Origin: a virus
Length of the DNA: 64,000 bases
Strand: one strand, 5' to 3'
IMG/VR virus record: IMGVR_UViG_3300028393_000021
The translations under genes and the position numbers were made by a program. The notes under the pieces are model-generated. The model saw only the letters and a program-made list of their open reading frames with translations. It was not told the DNA's origin and ran no database searches. Below are positions 10,859-18,551 of the stretch, piece by piece. Every line of letters starts with the position of its first letter. Positions within the stretch are counted from its first letter, which is position 1.

Positions 10859-10920
10859 TGTCCTAAAGCAGTGTTCTCATAAAGCATTGATCGTGGGTTA
10901 GAATCCCACCCAACCCACCA
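10844..10920 (+). tRNA. tRNA with CAU anticodon (elongator Met or Ile2), CCA encoded
   Basis: Full 77-nt cloverleaf: acceptor GGGTTGG/CCAACCC, D stem GCTT/AAGC, anticodon loop CTCATAA, T stem GTGGG/CCCAC, A73, CCA. G1-C72 pair argues against an initiator. Confidence 0.92.
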
Positions 10921-10954
10921 TAGTGTATATAGTGTATATAGAGTATAAACCGTA

Positions 10955-11190
10955 AACGCAATGATAAGCATAACCGATGAGAAGAGGGGCCGGAAGCCCG
11001 AGTATATCTCCTTGCTGTGCTGAGTAGGAATCGTAGATCCACGTTAGTTGCGTTGAATCAGTGACCGTACCCTTCCGGTGGTCGAGGCTAGTGTATTAAC
11101 TTACGCAGGAACCAGCTGATCGGGGGATTATCCTGAAACTCGCGGAGATAATCCACTGATTAATAGGACTCAAATGGGTCCTATTATCTT
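10955..11190 (+). ncRNA. Candidate structured ncRNA of unknown family
   Basis: No ORF; nested stems aacgcaa/ttgcgtt, aatcagtg/cactgatt, ggattatc/gataatcc, gacc/ggtc; ends in hairpin taataggac/gtcctatta plus T-rich tract. Confidence 0.55.
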
Positions 11191-11193
11191 TTT

Positions 11194-11301
11194 GAACCTT
11201 TTACTACGTAGAATCGACTTATTGATCTGATAATGCGTTTGCGGCCTCTATACGCATTATGAGATAATATTATCGGTCGGTTTCTCTGTAGTAAAAGGTT
11301 C
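11194..11301. repeat. Long imperfect inverted repeat (about 108 nt)
   Basis: gaaccttttactac (11194) pairs perfectly with gtagtaaaaggttc (11288-11301); inner ataatgcgt/acgcattat. Confidence 0.85.
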
Positions 11302-11305
11302 GTGT

Positions 11306-11602
11306 TTAACTACAAGCGTATTGACGAGCGGGGATTAACTTATTATCCTCTATATACTTTAATACTGTATAAAAGTGTTCTCTGGGTAATGTATCCTGCC
11401 GCATAATATTATCATGCAACTGTGCAGCATTTAGAGTATTATTAAACACTTGTAGTGCAGCAGCATTATGAGTAATATCATCTGCACACATTTTAAACAT
11501 AATAAAGTCCGTTTCATTTTCATCATAAAACGCTACAGTATTAACAAGTGGGATCATTAACTTATTAATAGCTACTGCATGTTGTGTCATTTGCTTGCTC
11601 AT
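11306..11602 (-). CDS. Hypothetical early protein, paralog of 12024..12323
   Basis: Shares HAVAINKLM, FKMxADDI, PREHFYTVLKYIEDN with the paralog; SD aaggaa upstream. Confidence 0.8.
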   Translation of the reverse strand: MSKQMTQHAVAINKLMIPLVNTVAFYDENETDFIMFKMCADDITHNAAALQVFNNTLNAAQLHDNIMRQDTLPREHFYTVLKYIEDNKLIPARQYACS

Positions 11603-11620
11603 TTTGGTTCCTTTTTAAAA

Positions 11621-11881
11621 TTAAACAAACTCAATATTATTTGTACGCAATTGTTGTTTTACAATTTGTACAATACGTTCTTTATCTTTTTGCAATGTTT
11701 TATATACTATATCACCGCTAACATAATCACATTTTTTTTGTGTAGGAAATACATGTACAGTATCTCCATTATCATTTTGTTTTGTATGTACATTAAAGGC
11801 AACTATAATCTTATATAGTTCCGTTTTTTTATTGTACATTAACTTGGCTTTAGCAAGTGTATTAACTGCTTGTGCAAACAT
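11621..11881 (-). CDS. Hypothetical early protein (86 aa, MFAQAVNT...)
   Basis: SD aaggag 5 nt before ATG at 11881; promoter TTGACG-17-TACAAT at 11935-11907. Confidence 0.75.
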   Translation of the reverse strand: MFAQAVNTLAKAKLMYNKKTELYKIIVAFNVHTKQNDNGDTVHVFPTQKKCDYVSGDIVYKTLQKDKERIVQIVKQQLRTNNIEFV

Positions 11882-12023
11882 GTCAGCTCCTTTGTAGTGT
11901 AAGTGTATTGTAACACCGTTTTGGAGTGCCGTCAAGTGTGGCTTTATATACACGGTCATAGTGTAGGGGGATTGACAAAGTGGCAAAAGTGTTGTATAAT
12001 ACATTTTTAACAGAAAGTAAACA

Positions 12024-12323
12024 ATGCGTAAAGTAACTCGAGCCCATGCTGTAGCAATTAACAAGTTAATGCTGCCTCTCATTAATACTGTTTGCGGCTA
12101 TTTTGACCCCACAGATAATGACATCGATTTGTTTAAAATGTACGCAGACGACATTGCACATAATGTTGCTGCATTATGTGTGTTCAATAGCACATTAGAC
12201 GCTAGTGTATTACACAATAATATTATGTTACAGGATACTAGCCCGCGTGAGCATTTTTATACAGTGTTAAAGTATATAGAAGATAATGCGTTAATTAATG
12301 CTAATGCATTTTGTTGCAGTTAA
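12024..12323 (+). CDS. Hypothetical early protein, paralog of 11306..11602
   Basis: Clear sequence similarity to the paralog; promoter at 11972-12000. Confidence 0.8.
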   Translation: MRKVTRAHAVAINKLMLPLINTVCGYFDPTDNDIDLFKMYADDIAHNVAALCVFNSTLDASVLHNNIMLQDTSPREHFYTVLKYIEDNALINANAFCCS

Positions 12324-12483
12324 ACACAGCACAAAGGCCCTGCTTGTTGTAGGGTCTTTGCCTAGGTGCTGTTGTGCATTTACAACAAAAGACCCTACAA
12401 AAAATAAGTTATTGACAAGTGTGTAAAACTGCGTTATAATACACACATACGTTGCACAGTGTAGCGTATAAAAAGGAACTAAA

Positions 12484-12948
12484 ATGCAAGCAATTAATAC
12501 ACAAACAGTTAAACAGTTTATTAATAACGTAACAACAGAGGGCTTTTTGTTTATTATAGATGTTAATAAAACATTTACTACAGCAGGTGACGGTTACTGG
12601 AGCGACGTTGCAAAAGATGTATTTGTTACTAGTATTGGCATGTATATTAGCACAGAAAACGAAGCAGACGAGGGCGAGGAAGCTATGTACTGCGACGGTG
12701 ATTTAGCAGTTAATTATACAGAAGCTACATGGGATAATGCTGTAGACGGATTAATTTATACTGACAAAGCATTTTTAGCACAAGTAAAAGAGTTTTTAAT
12801 TGCACAGGGCTTTAATGCAGAAGCAGTTAATGACATTACATATAGCGAGCAGGGTATGCAAGATAATGAGCGTGTTAGTTGCGATGCATATGCGTTTGCA
12901 GATTATATGCGTACTATTAGTAATGCTGCTATTATTATTATAGATTAA
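12484..12948 (+). CDS. Acidic hypothetical early protein with no Pro and no TC/CC dinucleotide
   Basis: SD aaagga; promoter 12412-12440; 154 aa. Confidence 0.8.
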   Translation: MQAINTQTVKQFINNVTTEGFLFIIDVNKTFTTAGDGYWSDVAKDVFVTSIGMYISTENEADEGEEAMYCDGDLAVNYTEATWDNAVDGLIYTDKAFLAQVKEFLIAQGFNAEAVNDITYSEQGMQDNERVSCDAYAFADYMRTISNAAIIIID

Positions 12949-12955
12949 TAGCATA

Positions 12956-12986
12956 ATAGCACAGCGTATTAACTACGCTGTGCTAT
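12956..12986. other. Perfect 13-bp hairpin after 12484..12948, followed by a second hairpin (gccctac/gtagggt) just before the next -35
   Basis: atagcacagcgta-ttaac-tacgctgtgctat; no U tract. Confidence 0.75.
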
Positions 12987-13065
12987 AGCCCTACAGTGTG
13001 TAGGGTCTTTGGTTGACAATTTAGTAAAACCCTGTTATAATACAGTTATACACTAGGAGCACACA

Positions 13066-13395
13066 ATGCAAACACACATTTCAGAGACCAGGGAAGCTGG
13101 CTTCTTTGCTTATGCCGCAATGAGGGATGCTCGTATGCGTAACGAAGCAATGAAAAGCACCTACAGTGATTCAGAACGTGTACGAGCAGAGCGTATGCGT
13201 GTGGGACTAGAGTGTGTTTACCGTAGTAAAGAAGTACACATAAACTACCGTAAAAAGTTCATTGCGGTAAAACTTAGTAATGCAATTGTCAGAGACAGGG
13301 CTTCTGTAGCAGATTTAGAACGTTTTTATGCACTAGAGGGCATAAGCAAAGAAATTACGCCCCAAGCAATTATATACAGAATCCCCCGTCATTGA
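13066..13395 (+). CDS. Hypothetical early protein
   Basis: Promoter 13013, SD aggag. Confidence 0.75.
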   Translation: MQTHISETREAGFFAYAAMRDARMRNEAMKSTYSDSERVRAERMRVGLECVYRSKEVHINYRKKFIAVKLSNAIVRDRASVADLERFYALEGISKEITPQAIIYRIPRH

Positions 13396-13443
13396 TTAGG
13401 GTCTTTGGTTGACTGAGGGATAAAACCCAGTTATAATACACAT

Positions 13444-13629
13444 ATGATAAAAACATACGAACGAACAGCGATCCTACTGTTGAAAGGCCAGCCCAAGGCC
13501 AAGACGCGGGGGCGGGTGATACATGGCAGATTTATCTTATTCTATGAGAGTCTGCACCGTACTCCGCAGAGTCGTGCGTGGCGCCGGTTCATAAAGATGC
13601 GGGAACGGGTTGACATTTTGGTAAAATGA
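13444..13629 (+). CDS. Hypothetical basic protein, predicted leaderless
   Basis: ATG 6 nt after TATAAT; no SD. Confidence 0.6.
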   Translation: MIKTYERTAILLLKGQPKAKTRGRVIHGRFILFYESLHRTPQSRAWRRFIKMRERVDILVK

Positions 13630-13644
13630 TTGTATAATACACAC

Positions 13645-13848
13645 ATGAACAAAGAACTTGCAACCCTAGAAAAATTATTGGCCAGTCATGATTGGTATCA
13701 CCAATACTGTGACGACTATAGTGCATACAAGCGAGGAGAGGACGAATGGTACCGTATCAACGTAGAACAACGGCGTTTGATCAATGAAAACTTGGTTTCT
13801 TCAGAGGAAATCCAAGCATTAACTTCCAAATACAGGCCTATCAGGTAA
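13645..13848 (+). CDS. Hypothetical protein, predicted leaderless (MNKELATL...)
   Basis: ATG 6 nt after TATAAT (13633-13638). Confidence 0.7.
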   Translation: MNKELATLEKLLASHDWYHQYCDDYSAYKRGEDEWYRINVEQRRLINENLVSSEEIQALTSKYRPIR

Positions 13849-13891
13849 AAAAACGGTTGACAATAAATGGACATTGTGCTATAATACATTT

Positions 13892-14116
13892 ATGAAATCA
13901 AAAATCTTTATTGTTCAACGTGACAACGACAAGTATTTTAAGCAGAAACTGCCTACATGGCGCAATGGTTTCTGTGAAATAGTCCGTAATGTCACTATTG
14001 AAAAGGACCCACACGACATCTACCAAGATGGCGAGTGGGGCTACATCACAGTTTATGGCCGTAAGATTTATGTCACTAGATCTGGCACTGAATTTGCTTT
14101 TGAAATTCGTGGCTAA
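13892..14116 (+). CDS. Hypothetical protein, predicted leaderless (MKSKIF...)
   Basis: ATG 6 nt after TATAAT (13880-13885). Confidence 0.7.
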   Translation: MKSKIFIVQRDNDKYFKQKLPTWRNGFCEIVRNVTIEKDPHDIYQDGEWGYITVYGRKIYVTRSGTEFAFEIRG

Positions 14117-14155
14117 AAGGTTGACATTTTGGTAAAATGATTGTATAATACACAT

Positions 14156-14500
14156 ATGAACAAAGAACTTGTACCCCGTAAGAAGCGAGTTGACCGCAAT
14201 CATATAATATATGAGCTTGTAGTCAATGGGCTCAACTACATTGGTGTCACTGCCAAGACTGAGACCACTGTATTGAAGAGCGTTCGTGCTCGAGCTGCCA
14301 AGCACTTCTACCGTGCTAAGACTGAGAACAAGGATTGGTTATTGTGCGAAGCTTTACGTTCTTTGAATGACAAGAGCGAGATAGAGATTCGTGTGCATGA
14401 AGTTATACGTGGCAAGGCGGCTGCTCACAAGCGGGAAGTTGAGATCCGCAGAATGATTAACCCTGCGCTGAACACGGACATTCGCGGTGACTTGACATAA
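14156..14500 (+). CDS. GIY-YIG-like small nuclease, predicted leaderless
   Basis: IIYELVVNGLNYIGVT, then R...H and downstream E; ATG 6 nt after TATAAT. Confidence 0.6.
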   Translation: MNKELVPRKKRVDRNHIIYELVVNGLNYIGVTAKTETTVLKSVRARAAKHFYRAKTENKDWLLCEALRSLNDKSEIEIRVHEVIRGKAAAHKREVEIRRMINPALNTDIRGDLT

Positions 14501-14547
14501 CGGTCAAAAGGCGCTATAATACATACTTAAACAACAAAGGAGCAGAA

Positions 14548-14829
14548 ATGAAACAAGACTACACTCTTTACATCTACAAGCGGGATCGTCGTTGCAAGGC
14601 TGGCGAACGCTTGTTCTCCACCACAGTGTGGCCCGGAATGGATCGGGATGGGATGAATCGCACTGTGACAGAGCTGTACCCCTTGTACAAGGCCACAGAG
14701 GGATGGCGTATGGAGTTCCATCCTGTGATGAAGACTGTGAAGAACTTGATGTCGGGGCAGGAGGTGCAGATCCGACATGACACACCTCGTTCATGTGATC
14801 CTTCAAGTGAACTCTATTGGAGCATGTAA
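14548..14829 (+). CDS. Hypothetical early protein
   Basis: Promoter 14492, SD aaggag. Confidence 0.75.
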   Translation: MKQDYTLYIYKRDRRCKAGERLFSTTVWPGMDRDGMNRTVTELYPLYKATEGWRMEFHPVMKTVKNLMSGQEVQIRHDTPRSCDPSSELYWSM

Positions 14830-14895
14830 AGACCCTAGTGGTTGACAGGGTTATTAGAACTGTGTTATAATACACTTACATTAAAAGGAGTTGCT

Positions 14896-15060
14896 ATGTT
14901 TTACAGTCATGATGAGTACAATGGACAAGTTGACGAGTTAATGAGTAACGAGCGTTATAGTTTTGCAGAGGCCTGTGCCATAGTGCAATATCGCATGGAG
15001 CAGGACCAGCAGGAGTACAATGACTGGCTTGATGGGAAAGCCGTTGAGACTCAAGTTTGA
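14896..15060 (+). CDS. Hypothetical early protein (MFYSHDEY...)
   Basis: Promoter 14842, SD aaggag. Confidence 0.7.
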   Translation: MFYSHDEYNGQVDELMSNERYSFAEACAIVQYRMEQDQQEYNDWLDGKAVETQV

Positions 15061-15095
15061 AGTTATAATACATACATCGCAACAAGGAGCACACT

Positions 15096-15179
15096 ATGAC
15101 AGACTTTCAAATGTGGATGACAGTGGCAGTGATTGTAATCATCTTTGCGGTCAAGGTTTGGATCCTCACTAAAATCTAA
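15096..15179 (+). CDS. 27-aa hydrophobic peptide
   Basis: MTDFQMWMTVAVIVIIFAVKVWILTKI; SD aaggag; TATAAT at 15064. Confidence 0.6.
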   Translation: MTDFQMWMTVAVIVIIFAVKVWILTKI

Positions 15180-15188
15180 GGAGATAGC

Positions 15189-15524
15189 ATGAACATTCAA
15201 GACATCAACAAGGCCATACTGTTTGGCACATTCACTAACAACGAACTCACCAGTGTCATTGATGCTGTGAAGTTTGCTCGAGCACGTCTTACAGAGAAGA
15301 CCAAGCGGAGTCTGCGTATAGGTGACAATGTGACTTTCGACAGTGCCAAGCAGGGTCGTAACATCACTGGTGTAGTGATGAAGATTGCTATCAAATATGT
15401 CACAGTCAAGACAATTAGCGGTCTGTGGAAAGTGCCTGCGAACATGTTGACATTGGTGCTGGATGAGGAATGGACTCCAGACAATGCAGACTTCTGCGAT
15501 CCAGGCTCACGTCATCACTATTGA
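15189..15524 (+). CDS. Hypothetical protein with KOW/SH3-like segment
   Basis: LRIGDNVTF...GVVMKI...VTV; SD aaggag. Confidence 0.65.
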   Translation: MNIQDINKAILFGTFTNNELTSVIDAVKFARARLTEKTKRSLRIGDNVTFDSAKQGRNITGVVMKIAIKYVTVKTISGLWKVPANMLTLVLDEEWTPDNADFCDPGSRHHY

Positions 15525-15581
15525 GGGGTTGACACATTGGTAAAACCGTGTTATAATACACTTACACAACAAGGAGTTAAT

Positions 15582-15764
15582 ATGTTTGAAAAAGACCCCC
15601 GAGAGTTTGCTTTAGATCTTGTAGATCAAGGTATGATAGATCCTATGATGTTATTGACTGCGGCCCTTAACTGGATGAGTCATGAAGAAGTACGCGACAT
15701 GCTGGACGCTAACGAATTGAGCCCACGTTTCAGCGAAGAAGAGAACGAGGAGGACACAGAATGA
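15582..15764 (+). CDS. Hypothetical acidic protein
   Basis: Promoter 15529, SD aaggag. Confidence 0.7.
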   Translation: MFEKDPREFALDLVDQGMIDPMMLLTAALNWMSHEEVRDMLDANELSPRFSEEENEEDTE

Positions 15765-16141
15765 CACGCTATTACGACACCATTGTAGCATTTGAGCGAG
15801 ACGGCTTTGACATCATTGTGGACAAGACCTATGAAGACATGCACCCCAGGGACAGCTTCGATGACAGCTGCCACGACGTTGACGAGATCTGCAAGGACAT
15901 TGATAACGGGCAACTCGAATGGTTCATGTTGCGAGTACGTGTACTCGTTGAAGGGCTCGAGTTGGGCAGTGCCTACCTCGGGGGATGCCTATACGAAGAC
16001 CCCAAAGAGATCCTTACTGACGGGACTGCCGAAGACTTCATTGCTGAGGCTATGACTGAAGCCAAGAGCAAGGTCTACAGTATGTACAAGCGGTTTCAAG
16101 AGTTGAGCTTTAATATTGACGCAGAAGGCATTAATGCATGA
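15761..16141 (+). CDS. Hypothetical protein
   Basis: ATGA overlap with upstream ORF; SD gagga. Confidence 0.7.
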   Translation: MTRYYDTIVAFERDGFDIIVDKTYEDMHPRDSFDDSCHDVDEICKDIDNGQLEWFMLRVRVLVEGLELGSAYLGGCLYEDPKEILTDGTAEDFIAEAMTEAKSKVYSMYKRFQELSFNIDAEGINA

Positions 16142-16362
16142 AGTTAAATGAAGTACTACAGTGGACGGGCACTGTATGCATACTGGCCATGTATCTGTCG
16201 ATGAACTTCTTCCGTGAGCTGGCCCTGGATCCCGTGTTCGGACTCATGGGCGGATTGTGCTATGCCGCTTGGTCATACCGTGTGGCAAACAAGCCACAGT
16301 TGATTGTCAACGTTGTGGCAATAGCCGTATGCGTTATAGGGTTATATAACACACTCGGTTGA
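16138..16362 (+). CDS. Small membrane protein
   Basis: Three hydrophobic segments; ATGA overlap. Confidence 0.65.
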   Translation: MKLNEVLQWTGTVCILAMYLSMNFFRELALDPVFGLMGGLCYAAWSYRVANKPQLIVNVVAIAVCVIGLYNTLG

Positions 16363-16412
16363 CAGAGTGGTAAAACCACTGTATAATACATACATCGCAA
16401 CAAGGAGAAGAC

Positions 16413-16613
16413 ATGTTTACTACACAAGCCCAACAAGAGTTCAAGCAGTCACTGAAAGCATTCAACGCCGCTAAGGAAGCAGAGTATTCCTACGCATACA
16501 CCGCAGGCTACTGCGAGAGCATGGTCGTTGAGATGTTTGGTCTGCTGACAAAGAAGCAACAGAAATTATTTGCAGAGCAGATACAAAAAGAGCTTGACAA
16601 GCTGGCTGTTTGA
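16413..16613 (+). CDS. Hypothetical early protein
   Basis: Promoter 16359, SD aaggag. Confidence 0.7.
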   Translation: MFTTQAQQEFKQSLKAFNAAKEAEYSYAYTAGYCESMVVEMFGLLTKKQQKLFAEQIQKELDKLAV

Positions 16614-16648
16614 TTGTATAATACATACATACACTAAAAGGAGTTGAT

Positions 16649-16840
16649 ATGATGACAGAGCAAGAGTTTGAAACAAGGTTTGACAACTACGAGTTGGATG
16701 ACGCCTATGCAGAATACATTATGGAACGTTGCGGCGGCGACCGTGTTATTTGCAACGGTGACACACTGATCGCCGCTATGGAGGACGGCTACCTCTTTGA
16801 CAGTTTTAAAGACAGTTTGGTTGACACTCAAGCAGTTTGA
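16649..16840 (+). CDS. Hypothetical acidic early protein
   Basis: Promoter 16594, SD aaggag. Confidence 0.7.
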   Translation: MMTEQEFETRFDNYELDDAYAEYIMERCGGDRVICNGDTLIAAMEDGYLFDSFKDSLVDTQAV

Positions 16841-16875
16841 CAGTACAATATACACTTACACACTAAGGAGCAGAG

Positions 16876-17142
16876 ATGAAAGCATTGCAAGCATACGTGG
16901 ATCAGAAGAACAAGTGGAACGCGATCTTCAACGGGAAGCAGTATGAGATCGTGAGCAAGTTTGGTCGCCTGGAAGTGGCTGGTATGTTGGACGCAGACTT
17001 GAGTCCAGAGAACTTGACCTGCGATGGCGAACTGCCCCGTGCAGAGGTTGCTCGCCGCTACAAGACATTGACCAAGGCAGCACAGGAGTTGGTGCAGTTG
17101 GATCCGTCAGTTAAGATCTACGAATTCTACACAGGAGAATAA
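16876..17142 (+). CDS. Hypothetical early protein
   Basis: Promoter 16821, SD aaggag. Confidence 0.7.
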   Translation: MKALQAYVDQKNKWNAIFNGKQYEIVSKFGRLEVAGMLDADLSPENLTCDGELPRAEVARRYKTLTKAAQELVQLDPSVKIYEFYTGE

Positions 17143-17143
17143 G

Positions 17144-17356
17144 ATGAAAGCCTATGTGACCACTATCATTCGTCAGGAGTTGGAAGTGCCAGACAGTTGG
17201 GAGCGAGAGGATGTGCTGGACTTCCTGTCAGAGGTGCAATCATTCCGCACTGCCTTCCAGGGTGTGAGCAATGAAGATCAGACTGCCCGTATCATTGATC
17301 TGGGTGTTGTGGAAGAAGAGATTACTGAACTTGGTGAGGAGAGCTTCGATGCCTGA
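17144..17356 (+). CDS. Hypothetical protein
   Basis: SD aggag; starts 1 nt after the upstream stop. Confidence 0.7.
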   Translation: MKAYVTTIIRQELEVPDSWEREDVLDFLSEVQSFRTAFQGVSNEDQTARIIDLGVVEEEITELGEESFDA

Positions 17357-17427
17357 AGACCCTAGTGGTTGACAGGGTATTGAAACGGTGTTATAATACA
17401 CTTACACTGAAACACTAAGGAGCTGAT

Positions 17428-17685
17428 ATGTCTAACTACCCAAATATGAGTTACTGCATGAATGAGAACACTCTGGCAGCAATGAATCAGATTGTCAATG
17501 CAATGAACGAAGAGGGCCCGGCGTTCCTCACAGAGATGTCGCGTGATGAGAAGCGGGCATTCCAACAACTGTTCAACGTGTGTGAGGACTTCATGTCGTT
17601 GAGCGAAGAACTGCAAGAGGAAGTAGAGCGTGACGGACAGCCTTCGGAACATGACGAATGGATGTCATTTGACGCTGACTGCTAA
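17428..17685 (+). CDS. Hypothetical early protein
   Basis: Promoter 17369, SD aaggag. Confidence 0.7.
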   Translation: MSNYPNMSYCMNENTLAAMNQIVNAMNEEGPAFLTEMSRDEKRAFQQLFNVCEDFMSLSEELQEEVERDGQPSEHDEWMSFDADC

Positions 17686-17803
17686 GAGACAAGGCGTTTG
17701 GGCGGCCAGTGACCTGCCCATTGTAAGACCAATCTAATAACCCTAATGGTTGACAGGGTATTAGAACTGTGTTATAATACACTTACACTAGATAGGAACA
17801 GAA

Positions 17804-18022
17804 ATGAACGAACGAATTAAACAACTTTTAAATCAGGCTGGAATCTATCAACCTGACCGGTTTGACGCTATTGACGGAAGCAATCAAATGGAAAAGTTCG
17901 CCGAGTTGATTGTGGAAGAATGTGCCAAAGTATGCGACTTGTATGCAATGCCCGACGGCACCAGTGAAACTGCGATCATTCTCGCTTATGCTATTCGTAG
18001 GAAATTTGGAGTTGAAGAATGA
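17804..18022 (+). CDS. Hypothetical early protein
   Basis: Promoter 17750, SD agga. Confidence 0.7.
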   Translation: MNERIKQLLNQAGIYQPDRFDAIDGSNQMEKFAELIVEECAKVCDLYAMPDGTSETAIILAYAIRRKFGVEE

Positions 18023-18273
18023 TTACAGCAAAGAACGTTCGCTACATGATCGACATTCCGCTTGAGCACATGAAAGCCATTGCCTCGAACAACAAAATCA
18101 AAGGCTTGAACATCACAGGAGTAGAGTTCCTGGGCATCACCAACGGCGGGCAGTTCTGCTACACAGCAGTCTTCCAAGTCAAAGACGGGACAGACAGCAC
18201 CAAAGTATTCCTAACCTATGACCACACAGAGGATAGGGTTATTGCTGACTACCATTTGACAGAATTGGCATAA
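18019..18273 (+). CDS. Hypothetical protein
   Basis: Overlaps upstream stop. Confidence 0.65.
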   Translation: MITAKNVRYMIDIPLEHMKAIASNNKIKGLNITGVEFLGITNGGQFCYTAVFQVKDGTDSTKVFLTYDHTEDRVIADYHLTELA

Positions 18274-18310
18274 GACAGTATAATACACACATAAACAACA
18301 AAGGAACAGA

Positions 18311-18484
18311 ATGACACATCACTTAGTAATTATTGCACAGTTTGCCCGGGACAACGGGCTTACACTTACAGAAACTATAGAGTACATCGGCAATAATTAC
18401 GACGACCTAACAGAAGAGATTGTTAGCGCATATGAGGACACTTATATGGAGCTAATGCAATTTGTAGAGACCCAGACAGCCTAA
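18311..18484 (+). CDS. Hypothetical 57-aa protein (MTHHLVII...)
   Basis: Hand translation; promoter 18256, SD aaagga. Confidence 0.65.
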   Translation: MTHHLVIIAQFARDNGLTLTETIEYIGNNYDDLTEEIVSAYEDTYMELMQFVETQTA

Positions 18485-18551
18485 GGGTCATTGACAGCAG
18501 GCCCGAAACCTGCTATAATACATACTTACACAAACACACTAGGAGCACTAA

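Noticed and set aside
10970-11010. Hammerhead ribozyme or SRP RNA suggested by ccgatgag and ccggaag
   Set aside because: Core CUGAUGA is mismatched and no GAAA follows stem II; SRP helix 8 consensus is absent.
15041-15069. Consensus sigma70 promoter before 15096
   Set aside because: TATAAT and leader are present, but the TTGAGA-like box gives only a 14-nt spacer; not counted among the listed promoters.
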